Shown one piece after another: positions 29,855 through 42,506 of a stretch of 64,000 nucleotides of DNA (position 1 is the stretch's first letter; every line of letters begins with the position of its first letter). Under the pieces are notes generated by a model. It ran no database searches and had not been told where the DNA came from. It saw only the letters and a program-made list of their open reading frames with translations. The stretch is taken from NCBI GenBank assembly GCA_964016885.1, contig OZ024755.1, positions 2,480,001 through 2,544,000 on the forward strand, read 5' to 3'. The stretch is from Eledone cirrhosa. Taxonomy: Eukaryota. The position numbers and the translations under genes were made by a program.

Positions 29855-30035
29855 AATAATGGTTTGTGATATTTAGGCGCAAGTCCGATAGTTTTAGGGG
29901 AGGGAAAGTCGATTAAATTAACCTAGTACGTTACTGGTGCTTTATTTTTATCACCCTTGTAAGACTAAAAAATAAATCTAACTAGCCTCAGAGAGATTTG
30001 AACTCAGAACGTAAAGAGCCGTAACTCTATCACAA
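29855..30035 (-). mobile_element. SINE family A (degenerate)
   Basis: ggggagggaaagtcgattaaatt..actggtgctttatttt..gatttgaactcagaacgtaaag. Confidence 0.7.
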
Positions 30036-30539
30036 AGTATCCAATTTCTTTTTCTTTTCTTTTCTTTTTTTTCTTCTACTTCCTTCTTTGGTATCTTTTA
30101 TCTCTCTTTTTTCTTTTACATTTTTCTTTTTCTGTTTCTACCGTCTTTTTCCACCTGCTTCTTCAGCTGGGGCTGCTCAACATATTGTTGTTGTTGTTAG
30201 TAGTAGTAGTTGTTGTAGGTCTTGACTCAATTCCACCATTTCCCAATCCAGCGATACTAAAACTATCACAATCACTACCACCAAAGACAACAACTATAAC
30301 GACAACGTCGTTGTCATAACAACCACCACCACCACCACTTACTAAATAATATCAGTTTTACCTTCCTCCACCACCACTAACAACCACAAACACCACCACC
30401 ACCACCAACCACACCACTAACTAACCAATACCAGAAGCAATACATTCCCCCGCCTCAGAACACCACCCCCACACTACTACATCAACTGTCCGAAACATTC
30501 GCGAACGCTGGTTTAACAAGACGCATGGACCAACTCTGT

Positions 30540-30925
30540 CACTCTCACCCTCTCTCTCACCTTCTCACCCTCTCAACTTCTCACACCCTCTCTCACTCCT
30601 CGCTTTCTCTCGACCTTTTTTTATTTCTCCTACGTTCTGTCTAGGTTCCTCTCCATCACTCTCTCACTCTTGCCTCAGTCTCCCTCTATCACTCTCTTCC
30701 CCTCTCTATTTTTCTCGACCTTTTTTCCTTTCTCCTACTTTCTGTCTAGGTTCCTCTCAATCATTCTCACTCTTTCTCACTCTCTCTATCACGCTATCTC
30801 TCTCTCTCTATCTAACTATTACTCTCTCATTCTCTCAGGATCTCTCTCACTCTCTCCCTCTCACTCTATATCTCTCGCTTTCTCTCGACCTTTTTCCTTT
30901 CCCCTACGTTCTGTCTAGGTTCTCT
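30540..30925. repeat. CT-rich tract with three copies of a ~50-bp unit
   Basis: tctcgaccttttt..cctac(g/t)ttctgtctaggtt at ~30607, ~30712 and ~30881. Confidence 0.8.
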
Positions 30926-31540
30926 GTGACAGCTCACTAGATAAAATCAACATTCACCCCTTTACCTCTACCCATTCAATCGAGGCCCCTTTTCTATCTT
31001 CATTCCTACAAACATCGCTTCATTCAACTGTATTCTTTCTTTCCTTTTTCTCTTTTTTTTCTTTCGCTATCTTTCCTGCAATGAGTGGAAGTCAATGATT
31101 CAATGATCTATTTTATTTTGATTGATATCTTCAAGTTCAAGTTTACGAAGTCGCCAGCGCTAGAAAGTATCCCCACAAGATAAAAGACACATTGAAGAGA
31201 AACAGATTTTGTCCTGATCACAGATCAATCATCATAGCTTTCCTTACTTGAACCATGCGAGAGTAGAATTAGAAATTGCTTCGGTTAACCATAACATTCC
31301 GAGTACAATAAGATGTATGGATATATATATATGTATGTATAGAGATGTATATTTATGTATGTATGTTTCTATACATATATGTACGTATATAGGGGTGTAT
31401 GTATGCATGCAAGTAAGTTGGTGTGTATGTAAACATGCAAGTATATATTTACATATATATATATATATATATGAAAGAGAGAGAATGATGACTATATATA
31501 CTTATATACACGTATACACACTCGCACAAATATATATATG

Positions 31541-31602
<62 letters not shown>

Positions 31603-31849
31603 AGGGGTGTTGCGTATGTATATGTCGTTTTAAAAAAGTGAATGTAGACACTGTGTTTTTGCAGGCACACAGCCACACACATCAGCTTTATATATTCACC
31701 CAGACATATGACCATAGAATCACATACACTCACGTTTACATGTAGATAGAGTTACACATAGTTATCCTAAAAAAGCAAACCTGTTTCCCCCTTCATGTCT
31801 TTTGGAACCACATTCTATTTACAAATATATAAACTCAAACACAGCACCA

Positions 31850-31889
<40 letters not shown>

Positions 31890-31891
<2 letters not shown>

Positions 31892-32560
31892 CAGTCTCGG
31901 CGGCCTAGTTGGAGGAATCATAGAAGGTTGTGATCCTCATCTGGAGTAGAGTTCCCGGTAAACCTTTTCAGTTTTTTTCTCTGGAATGTAAAATAAAAAC
32001 TGAAAAAAGATTACATGTACCTCTCGACCAGGATTGAACCCAAGACCAGGATCTCCACTGTCTCTAGTACCTTCAATTAGGCCATTGAGACAGCTATGAA
32101 AGTCTGCTTAAAATTCATATTTATAAACCTACTTTCAAAATTTTCAATACAAAAGTATGTGGCCGCTCATGTCTTAAGGTTATTGCTCCTACTTAAGGTC
32201 GACTTCTAAATCATTTGGGTGTTCCATAAAGTTTTTAACTTTGATTTTGAAAGTAGGTTTATAATTATGAATTTTCACTATATTTCTGTAGCTCTCTTGG
32301 CGGCCGAGTTGGGTGAATCATAGACGGTGGTGATCCCGGTCTGAAGTTCGATCCTGGTCGGTAGAAGGGTTCCCGGTAAACCTTTTTGGTTTTTTTTTTT
32401 TTCTATGGGATGTAAAATAAAAACTGAAAAAGATTACATGTACCTCTTGACCAGGATTGAACCCAAGACCAGTATCTCCATCTCTAGTACCTACCGATAG
32501 GCCACTGAGACAGCTACGAAGATCTTGTGAAAATTCATATTTATAAACTTACTTTCAAAA
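31890..32560. repeat. Four tRNA-like Pol III cassettes in alternating orientation (+,-,+,-)
   Basis: A-box-like (t/g)ggcctagttgg, B box g(g/a)ttc(a/g)atcc (missing in cassette 1), oligo-T ends; three cassettes share the upstream flank gaaagta.gtttataa.tatgaatttt; 31890-32140 is duplicated at ~32290-32560. Confidence 0.7.
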
Positions 32561-32699
32561 CAAAATGATGTGGTGTCTTTCTTAATGTTTTATATATATA
32601 TGTATATATATATATTTATTAAAATAACAAATTAAAGTTTAAGAAAAGAATCTATGTATATATATATTTATTAAAATAACAGATTAAAGTTTAAGAAAA

Positions 32700-32740
<41 letters not shown>

Positions 32741-32801
32741 CATACTTCGTTTTTGAATTTGTTTTGTAACATTTCTTATCTCTAAACGTATGTTGAAACA
32801 G

Positions 32802-32900
32802 ATATTGTTTTACTTTGGGAGGGTCATGCTCCGAATAAAAACCCCCCAACAGGTGCATGTGTTTTTATTGGCAGCATGACCCTCCCAAAGTTTAACAATA
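32802..32900. mobile_element. Short fold-back element made of the termini of the 60383-60815 family
   Basis: atattgttttactttgggagggtcatgct..aataaaaac / gtttttattggcagcatgaccctcccaaagtttaacaatat, ending in (TA)n. Confidence 0.75.
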
Positions 32901-33824
32901 TATATATATATATATATATGTCGACAGTATCACTTTACATATACATATATATATATGTACTCAAACATATACATATATATATGTACTCAAACATATACAT
33001 TTGTTGACAGTTTTGTTTTGGTGGCATGATTTCTCTTGGTAGACCCAGGAAAGTGGAAGTGCTGATGTCAGAATAAAATACCCTGGCAAAAGTAAATTGT
33101 TAATGCTGGTGTTACACACCCACTATATTCCATAGATTAGTAACGCTCTTGTGACGATAAAATACACCCAGTTGAGTTATCTGTAAGTAATTTAATTAAT
33201 TTCTGATTTCTTACGGGACAATCTCTCTAGCAAATATTTTGTGTTTAGATAATTTGAGCGGCGTAAAGCGAAGACCTTCCACACGGCAGATATCCCCACA
33301 CAAACACACACACACGATCATACTCACAGGCAGACATCACACACCCTCCCACACACACACACATAAATGCAGACACATTAAGCGAGGTATGATTTTTTAT
33401 AGCGATGCGGAGATAAGAATTACAAATATGGATTATTATTTCTGAAGATTTGTCGAAGTAAGATGGTTGATTCAATGCCAAAGATAGGGAATGATATTTC
33501 TTAATTTAAAATATAAATCCTTTTTTTTTCTTGCGATAAACTATGTTCGGAGTCACTTTTACCAGCAAGTAAAATCATCTTGGAAAAATCTGGTTAATGT
33601 ATGATACTCGGTAAATTGTATCTGCTTCAAATTTGGTACATTACCCTGGATAAAAATACTGTATATTTTCCACCCGGTAAGGATAAAATACAAGGTTTAC
33701 ATCAATTACAGTGACGGGTAACACAATACAGGATTTACCATTGTGCTTAAGCGCAATGCCCCGTTGATCAGGGGGGTTCCTACCCAAAACATTTTTTTTA
33801 CCTCCTTCAAGACCCAAGTAAGGG

Positions 33825-34275
33825 GACTCATATCGTATCTAGCAGAGAGCATCATTTGTCCTAAATCCGACACTGAATACGCAATACATTACAAATTGGT
33901 GGTTTTTTGTAATATATATCTAACTATGGTATCGCTGTCAATTAGGACAACAAATTAAAGATGGCGGTAACGATAACAGCATAAATGCATAGAACATTTT
34001 TAGTACATCAACTAGTAGGTATCTTTAAAATATCCGGCAAAAATATGGTTAACAATGGACCATATATTATATGACTGTGCAAAACTGAACTCGAAATAGA
34101 ATAAATCTGGGGAATGTTGGCAACAATTGTATTTATGATAACAGGAAACACAGTGGATATTATTGGCAAAGAAACAACATGAGATATGAGAATAGTCTCA
34201 ACACTGCCCTGACTCCATGAGATACGGAAGTCAGCATTGTTAGATACTGCATACATACTGAGAGGTTTCATGTAA
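33825..34275 (+). mobile_element. R4/Dong-clade LINE C-terminal remnant (zinc knuckle to REL end)
   Basis: IICPKSDTEY..H (cf. GCPxLAxTEYxxRH), then LEIE*IWGM..IIGK..LHEIRKSALLDTAYILR (cf. EIQKxALLGTAHILR). Confidence 0.65.
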
Positions 34276-34365
34276 AATAACAAAGCATTTAACAAATATA
34301 TTTATTTAAGGCTTGTGTTACAAGTTATGTAAATATGAATATTACTAACGAAGCAGCTGTGAAGC

Positions 34366-34462
<97 letters not shown>

Positions 34463-34604
34463 GTACGTATACAGCCGGAATGATTATTGTAATGATGATG
34501 ATGGTAGTCATGATGATGATAATAATAATAGTTTAGATGTGCAGCATGAGTACAGCGTTGGATAATATGTTTTGTGGCATAATGTTCGATATCTGAAGGG
34601 CGAA

Positions 34605-35190
34605 GGATTGGCATATCGATAAAGCATCGAATAACATGCTTTGCGGCATAGAGTTACATTCCTGCGTACACATACTACCGAGGTTAGCTTTGCCTTTCAT
34701 CCTTACTGGGCCGATAAAATAAAGTACCAGTAATGTACTGGGGTCGATTTATTATATCCCCCCCCCCCTCTAAACTTGTTGGTCTTGTAACAGAAGCCAT
34801 TATTATGGTAGTATCGGTAAAGCATCGAACACCATGCTTTGCAGCATAGAGTTACGGCCATTTATGTTCTGAGTTCAAATCCCGCAGACGTTAAGTTTGC
34901 TTTTCATCCTTACAGGGTCGATAAAATAAAGTACCAGTAACGTACTGAGGTCGATTTAATCGACTGTCCCCTCCCCCCAAATTACTGGCCTCGTACCAAT
35001 ACTAGAAATCATTATTTTAATTATATATATATCTTTTTTATGTTCTAACATTGGCACAAGGCCAGCAATTTGGTGGAAGAAAGAAATCGATTATATCGAT
35101 CCCTATACTTAATTGGTATTTGTATTTTATTGATCCCGCAAGGATAAGTTGACCTTTGCTTTTCCTCCTTCTGGGTACGATAAAATATTG
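34605..35190. mobile_element. SINE family A cluster (two + copies, one - copy, one fragment)
   Basis: Core at ~34690 and ~34900 (+); reverse tail ttggcacaaggccagcaatt at ~35052 (-). Confidence 0.8.
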
Positions 35191-35514
35191 AGACTACCAG
35201 GGACCTGTTGGCTGTCATTGTAGTAATATAAAATGGTATTAATTGATGCTTTCTATTGTTTCTAAATATAGAAAGCCTGCTATATAATTAAAACTAAATA
35301 AATAATAAAATTATTCTTAAAACACATTTATTTTACGTTTTAAGGAAATAATAGGAAAAAAAAATCCGTCTTAGAAGACATTTTATTTGCAGTATAAAAG
35401 GAATATTAATTTGACAAGCTTTTAAAAGCCTTATTAAAATCCTTTATTTATAGTTTTTTTAAAAGGTATTTATTTAGCAAATATTAGATTAAGGTCTTTA
35501 AAAAATATTCAAAT

Positions 35515-35647
35515 ACAAATTTAGTAAAGAAGTGTTTTAAAAGAATAAATGTCTTTTAAAGAATATTTTATTCTATTTTGCAAATTTAGTAAAGAAGTGT
35601 TTTAAAAGAATAAATGTCTTTTTAAAGAATAGTTTATTCTATTTTGC
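35515..35647. repeat. Tandem duplication of a ~66-bp AT-rich unit
   Basis: caaatttagtaaagaagtgttttaaaagaataaatgtctttt..ttattctattttg occurs twice. Confidence 0.9.
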
Positions 35648-37233
35648 TTGGAGTGTATATTCGAATAATATTTTAAATTATCAGTGTTCTTATTTGTCGA
35701 TTTTGTAAAATTCGGTTTACCGAACGTTTGTGATACTACATTACCAATGTCACCTGTTGAACAATGGTGAAACGACCGTATTAGTATACACTTACATTGT
35801 CTTTATTTACACGAGACCTGTCTTATTATAATTTAATTGTTTAAAAATATTTACAAAAACACGATCTGGTCTGGCACCAGGTCCATATGATAGAGGGCAG
35901 TAAGCACAAGGCAATAATCCAGGTGCTTAAAGCTTAATTTTAGTGTTTATTTGCGCACTATCAGCGAAACCCTTCGTAGATGGAGGTTAGCAACAGATGG
36001 ATAACATAGCCAAATAAACATGTTATTAAAGAAACAAATGTGAAACAGTGTTGGGGGAAATTATTATAGTTATAATATAGATATAACATTAGATTAACAT
36101 TTAAAGCTGAACTTATTGCTAAAGATAAGATGACAGGTATGGTAAAATCTATCAGATGCATTAATAATTTATTACTTTAAATATGTTTACTCTAAATGGA
36201 AGCAGTGGCAGAGAGGACTGTGAGAACAAATAATCCCACTCTGTTCGACTCAGATATACAGGGTGGGCCAGAATTCATGACTCGCTTGTTAGTTATATAT
36301 TCACGCACAGGCATTGCACGATAGAATTAATTAATAATTATTAATAATGGTATATCGTGCAATGGCCATACTCGATAACGAGGGAGCAGCCATCATGTAT
36401 ATGTACACCTTTCATCACCATTGCAAAACAACTTTTTGTTGTCATTTCTGTTGAAGTTGTTCTTGTAACTGTTGTCAAAGTTGACGTCCTGATGTTAATT
36501 TTCTTTGATTTCTTTTGTTTTTCTTTTATCTACCTAAGGAATTCGTTGACAAGCTTCTTTTATTTATTTTCTTCGTTTTCTTCATTCAAATACATTCACA
36601 CTGGCTGTCTAAGAAACGTACAAATATGACTTATAAAACTTACCAAATTAAAGGGGCTTCCAGCGCCCCTCTAGCTCCCACCACCCTCCAAGCTCCCCCC
36701 CCCCCTAACGCCCCTTGTTCCAAAACGCCCCCTGGAGCTCCGAAACGACCCCGTTGAGAATCTTTAGACTCTAGAAAAACCAGATCAAACTAGATAGATG
36801 TTGGAATAAGAGACAATTAGTGAAGGAATAGGAAGAACTACAAAAAATGAAACAAATCATTTGAAATTTAGACTTCAAAATGTCACGCCAAGAAGCTGGA
36901 ATGAAACGGCACTCACTAAATTCGAAATACCTGACATGACTGAGAAAAGCAATTTAAGATATATTAAGGACTGTTTAAAAAGCAATTAACTCAAATCTCT
37001 GACACAGTATGACTACTAGTAAATAGTTAAACCATTGAATGAAGCAGATACAAAAACTAATTGTAAATAAACGATCGTGGTGTAGAAACAATAAATCATA
37101 TATTGTTGGGGGGCGATTACTTTAAATATCGAACGTTTACATAGCAGATAGTTTCATTGTTTGAAAGCCCCAATTACGCCGGCAGTATAAAATACCCATA
37201 AAACACAGATTATACAAGACTACACATCAGAAC

Positions 37234-37325
37234 AGAGCTGGATTGGCTCTTCCAGTTCGTCTCCCTCACCATCCTCTGGGAAAACACCTTCTCCATTCTG
37301 TCCGACGGGGCTGCGGGGCCTCCAG
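37234..37325 (+). mobile_element. CRE-clade LINE 3' fragment (diverged)
   Basis: ELDWLFQFVSLTILWENTFSILSDGAAGP, homologous to 5345-5430. Confidence 0.7.
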
Positions 37326-37514
37326 CGCCTGGGCCTACATTTGCTTATAATAGTGAGAGATGGGGAGAGCGGGAAAGACAGAGGTAGTGACAGTGGGAGT
37401 TTGGTTCTTTTGTATTCGGACCTGGTGTATACAACAATTAAGAAAATTATGAAACTTTTCAATGGCTTCGTTCAAAAAGACGCTAAGTACTTTCAGCTGA
37501 TATCGTTTAAGACC

Positions 37515-37920
37515 AACAAATACATAAATAAAATGACAAGTCAATCAATTGTATTCGTGGCCTCCCCACAGCCCCAGCGGACAGAATGGAGAAGGCGTTT
37601 CCTCGGAGGACGGCAAGGGAGACGCGCTAGAAAAGCTATTCCAACTCGCGGGGCCTGTTTTCGTGCGGCCTCCAAACCCCATAGTGGTGCCTGGCTCCAT
37701 GCCTTGCCCTCCTTCTCCACTGGCACGCAGCTAGATAACAATAGCCTGCGCATCGGCGTTTCCTTGAGGCTCGGCCTCAGTATCTGCGAGCCACACCAAT
37801 GTCGCTGTGGATCCATCGTGGAATCTTTCGGCCTCCACCTGCTTTCTTGTCCCCACAGTGCCGGCCACCTTCCACGCCATGCTGCCCTCAATGAGGTCAT
37901 AAAGCATGGCTTGGACGCCA
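37515..37920. mobile_element. CRE-clade LINE with 5' inversion
   Basis: 37515-37653(-) is the C-terminus PRELE*LF*RVSLAVLRGNAFSILSA plus 3' UTR. 37653-37920(+) is the upstream region HSGAWLHALP..LDNNSLRIGVSLRLGLSICEPHQCRCG..GLHLLSC..SAGHLPRHAALNEVI (CRE zinc-knuckle region). Confidence 0.85.
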
Positions 37921-38185
37921 TGGACAAATAACGTTATGCCGAGTACAGTTAACACAACATTCTCCGAGTATGAAACAGTGAACATAATCCTAGTAACGTC
38001 ATTTCATAAATGTCAGGAGATTAAAATAAAAAAAAGTCTAATGGCTGACGACATATATTCTGTCTGCGCTCAAGTTCCATTGTGGGTAAATTTGTTTTTC
38101 ACTCTTTGGAGTTCAATAAATAATGTACCCGTTCATCCGCTCACTCTCTACCTCCAAGCCACACACACTTTCTCTCTCTCTCTCT

Positions 38186-38189
<4 letters not shown>

Positions 38190-38232
<43 letters not shown>

Positions 38233-38273
38233 AAGAGAGAAAGAGAGAAAGAGAGAGAGAGAGAAAGAGAGAA

Positions 38274-38351
<78 letters not shown>
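38190..38351. repeat. (GA)n microsatellite
   Basis: Read directly. Confidence 0.97.
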
Positions 38352-38353
<2 letters not shown>

Positions 38354-39244
38354 CATTCCACTGTCTTTTATATTGTAAATATTCTATTATTAATTGAAAT
38401 GTTTGAATAAAGATTTCCATTCTCTGCTGTGATATACGACTCAACCAAGGGTATAGAATGTATCCCTTACCTTCACATTAATTCTTTTCTCGCTCTGCCT
38501 CTTTCTTATTTTAATCCTAACCTAAAGGGTGAAGAAGGAAATGCTGCTTTCCGATATAGTTTATTGAAAGGTGTGTGTGAGAGGCGAGCATGACTCGAAT
38601 AATTGGGCTTGCCTTGAATATCCACCTGTGACTAGGAGGTGGGTAACTGAGATGGCATTTACCCTAGTAAAGGTTACCGTAGCAGCTTTCTGTGGGCTTT
38701 CTCCACGAGTGACCCTCGGAGGTATCTCTACTTTGGAGGAAATTTTTATGTTGGATTTTTTGTAGTCTTTGTTATAAAACTTTCTTTCATATTAAAACAC
38801 ACACAGTACTCTATTTATTGTGCTCTTTATGTAAACCCTGTGTGGCTAATAATGAAAGCCTTATTTTAATCCTATATTTTATGATTAAATACTTTCCACT
38901 TGCCTCGTCCTTCCTTATCGTCTCCTTTCTCAGCATCCATTGCTCTCTCTCTTTCTCAATCACACACACACAAAGACACACACACTCTCTCTCTCTCTCT
39001 CTCTCTACTAAACATCCTTCTCCTTACCTACCTACACTAGCTTCATCTAATCCCATTCGCTCTCTCTTACCACAGCTTTTTCTTACGTTCATTCATTTTG
39101 CACTTCTCTCTCTCAACCACACACTCCCCCTCCCTCTCTCTCTCTTTATATATATATATATATATATACGTATACAAAGAGAGGGAGAGATAGAGGCAGA
39201 CAGAAAAAGAAGAATGTATATATATATATATATATAGATATATA

Positions 39245-39440
39245 ACAAAGGAATTGTAGTAAGGAACCAGATGGACCATAACGCACCAGAGTACTCAATA
39301 CTTAGGGTAGTAGAGTGGGAAATAGGAAAAAGTATGACCCCGACGGCAGAGCTCAAGTCGTTTCGACGGCTATTTCTGGACTCTGAAATAGCCGTCGAAA
39401 AGGCTTGAGCTCTGCCGTCGGTGGTCATACTTTTTCCTAT
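39245..39440 (-). mobile_element. (TA)n-embedded fold-back element, copy 2
   Basis: Near-identical to 11103-11299, with the same tail and ends, a slightly different hairpin loop, and (TA)n on both sides. Confidence 0.75.
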
Positions 39441-39779
39441 ATATATATATATATATATATACACACCACTACTTTGTCTGCTGCCACTCTCTCTCTCTCA
39501 CACATTCTCTCTCACTATATGTTGTTACGCTGTATGTCTCCTCCTCCCCCTATACAGTCTCTAACCTGACGTCTACGTCTTTCTCCTCTGTTCCTATTAT
39601 TTCTACAACTATACCACTACAACACTCATCATCATTCCTTTCCTTTCTGCATCACTGACGTTCTGCAAAATGCAAATGCAGTAATAGTGCAGTCAATATA
39701 GCGTGGCAATATCTGCCTGTTCAATCAGGCGTGACACATCCAAAGGGATAGTCTGTGGAGCAAAAGTTTAATAAGTATG

Positions 39780-41590
39780 CCTTGTGCTGGTGGTACTGTT
39801 GGTGGTGATGGTGTTGGCTGTGGTTGTACTTGGCGTGGTGGTGGTGATGGTGGTGGTGGTGCTGCTGCTGGTGGCTGTGGTTGTACTTGGCGTGGTGGTG
39901 GTGGTGGTTGTGGTTGTGGTTGTACTTGGCGTGGTGGTGCTGGTGGTGTTGGTGGTGGCGGTGGCTGTGGTTGTACTTGGCGTGTTGGTGGTGGTGATGG
40001 TGGTGCTGGTGGTTGTACTCGTCATGGTGGAGGTGGCGATGGTGGTGGTGTTGCTGCTGTTGGTGGCAGTCGTGGTGGTTGTGCTTTTGCTTTTCATAGT
40101 GAAGGTGGCGGTGGCGGTGGTGGTGGCGGTGCTGGTGGTTGTGGTGGTGGTGGCGGTGGCGGTGGTTGTGGTGGTTGTGGTGGTGGTGGTGGTGCTGGTG
40201 GTTGTGGTGGTGGTGGCGGTGGCGGTGGTTGTGGTGGTGGTGGTAGTGGTGGTGGTGGCGGTGGTGTGGTGGTGGTGGTGTTGGTTGTGGTGGTGGTGGC
40301 GGAGGCGGTGGTGTTGCTGCTGTTGGTGGCAGTCGTGGTGGTTGTGCTTTTGCTTTTCATAGTGAAGGTGGTGGTGGCTGTGGTGGTGGCGGCGGTGGCG
40401 GTGGCGGTGGCGGTGGTTGTGGCGGTGGTGGTGGTGGTGGCGGCGGTGGTGGTGGCGGTGGTGGTGGTGGTGGTGGCGGCGGTGGTTGTGGTGGTGGTGG
40501 CGGTGGTGTGGTGGTGGTGGTGGTGGTTGTGGTGGTGGTGGCGGCGGCGGTGGTGGAGCTGCTTGTATTGCAGCTATGTTTGGATATTGGGGTTGTAAAG
40601 CATGGTATTTGTGATGGTAGTAGTTGTAGTGGTAGTAATGGTGGTGGTGGTAGTAGTTGTAGTGGTGGTGGTTTGGTGGTGGTGGTGAGGTGTGAGGGGT
40701 CCTGCTTTACTGCAGTAGCTTTGGAGATTGGGGTTGTGTAGCATGGCCATAGCATTGGAGGTGGTGTTGGTGGTGGTGGTGATTATGGTGGTGGTGGTTG
40801 TGGTGGTGATTATGGTGGTGGTGGTTGTGGTGGTGATTATGGTGGTGGTTGTGGTGGTGATTATGGTGGCGGTGGTTGTGGTGGTGATTATGGCGGTGGT
40901 GGTTGTGGTGGTGATTATGGTGGCGGTGGCTGTAATGGTGATTATGGCGGTGGTGGTTGTGGTGGTAGTGTTTCTTGGTGATGGTTGGGTAGGAGGTGTG
41001 GAGCATGGCATTGGTGGTGCTACTGGTGGTGGTGGTAGAAGTGGTGGTGGTGGTGGTGGTGGTGGTAGTGGTGGTGTTGTAATCGTCGTAGTAGTGATGG
41101 TGGTAGTGTTTCTTGGTGGTGGCGGGAATAGGAGCAGTGGACCATGGCATTGGTGGTGGTGGTAGTGGTGGTGATAGTGCTGGTGGTGGTAGTAGTGGTA
41201 GTGGTGGTGGTGGTGTAGCTGGTGTGTGGTAGTGGTGGTAGTGATGGTGGTGGTGGTGGTAGTAGTGGTGGTGGTTGTGGTAATGGTGGTGGTGGTTGTG
41301 GTAATGGTGGTAGTGGTGTAGCTGGTGTGTGGTAGTGGTGGTAGTGATGGTGGTGGTGGTGTTGCTGCATGTGTGGTAGTAGTTGTAGTAGTGGTAGTGA
41401 TGGTGGTGGTGGTGGTGATCGTCGTGGTGGTGATGGTAGTGGTGTAGCTGGTGTGTGGTAGTGATGGTAATTACAGTGGTGATGGAGGCCGTCGTAATAG
41501 AGGTGGTGGTGGTGTTGCTTGGTAGTGGCGGTGAGAGGAGCTGTGGAGAGGAAGTTGTTAGTTGCAGTGGTGGTAATGGTGCTGTTATTG
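39780..41590. repeat. 1.8-kb (GGT/GGC/GAT)n low-complexity tract with internal higher-order duplications
   Basis: Read directly; e.g. the block containing gcagtcgtggtggttgtgcttttgcttttcatagtgaaggtgg occurs at ~40066 and ~40329. Confidence 0.95.
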
Positions 41591-41592
41591 TA

Positions 41593-41875
41593 AGGGCGGT
41601 GGAGTGGCAGAATCGGTAGAGGGTCTGACACCAAGCTTTGCAGCATAGAGTTACGGCCCTTTATGATCTGAGTTCAAATCCCGCCGAGGTTAACTGTGCC
41701 TTTCACTCTTAGAGAGTCGATAAAATATAGTCGATTTAATCGACTTTCCCCTCCCCCAAAATTGCTGGCCTTGTGCCTATATAAGAAACCATTATTAGGT
41801 GGATTGGCAGAATCGGTAGAGGGTCTGACGCCATGCTTTCCAGCATAGAGTTACACCCCTTTAGAAACAATTATT
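41593..41875 (+). mobile_element. SINE family A tandem pair
   Basis: gggcggtggagtggcagaatcggtagag..gagttcaaatcccgccgagg..ggccttgtgcc, followed by a second head. Confidence 0.85.
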
Positions 41876-42251
41876 GTTGTGGTGGTAGTGGTGACAATAG
41901 GGGTATATGAAGGGCCGGGTTGTAAATACAACCCTCTTTCAACTCTACATATATTGTTCCCGCCGTCATATATGGAAACCCCCTCCCCCTATATCAAAAT
42001 ATATATGACGACAATGTCGACCACCACCCTCACCACAAAAGAGAATGGTATACCCCCTTCTAATATAATCACCCTATCACCACACTACTATAAGTAACAT
42101 CACCACCATACTACTATAAGTAGTATCACCACCACCTTTACTATCACCATTACCAAATACATCACCACCATAATTATTACTACTACCTCTATTATAATCA
42201 CCATGGCTTCAACCTTATCCATTATCATCATCAGCATTACCATTACCAATA

Positions 42252-42506
42252 GAGATCAGAAACAATAACAAAATCAATTATTGATCTCTGTCCCTGATTA
42301 CCCTTATACAATGTATATTTATGGATGACTATGTTGGAAGAAGGTTTTTATAAAAGAGAATCCATTACTAGAACAGTAGTCTAGTAAGTCCTCTCCATTC
42401 GTATTTAGATCGGGGTCGCCATTTCTTCCAATCGCTCCTTCCATGTCAGGTGGTCAGTGCCAATATGTGTATTGATGTCTCCCATCAGGATATATGACTC
42501 ACACTT
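42252..42506 (-). mobile_element. RTE-clade (Expander/Rex3-like) APE endonuclease remnant
   Basis: ESYILMGDINTHIGTDHLTWK..IGRNGDPDLNTNGEDLLDYCSSNGFSFIKTFFQH..GQRSIIDFVIVSDL. Confidence 0.9.

Noticed and set aside
33270-33480. Possible PLE GIY-YIG C-terminal scraps (also 14780-14990 and 6200-6395)
   Set aside because: Similarity too short and weak without a profile search.
35730-35790. Degenerate hammerhead (stem, then GAAACGACCGTA); similar partial motifs near 8120(-), 12230, 26228, 45810(-) and 63720
   Set aside because: Catalytic boxes missing or multiply mutated; cannot be told from chance by eye.
36256-36370. Tc1-like terminus TACAGGGTGGGCCA followed by a cattgcacgata/tatcgtgcaatg hairpin
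   Set aside because: No matching second TIR found in the window.
37341-37931. 196-aa ORF as an intact gene
   Set aside because: Chimeric read-through of flank, an antisense LINE end and a CRE internal fragment.
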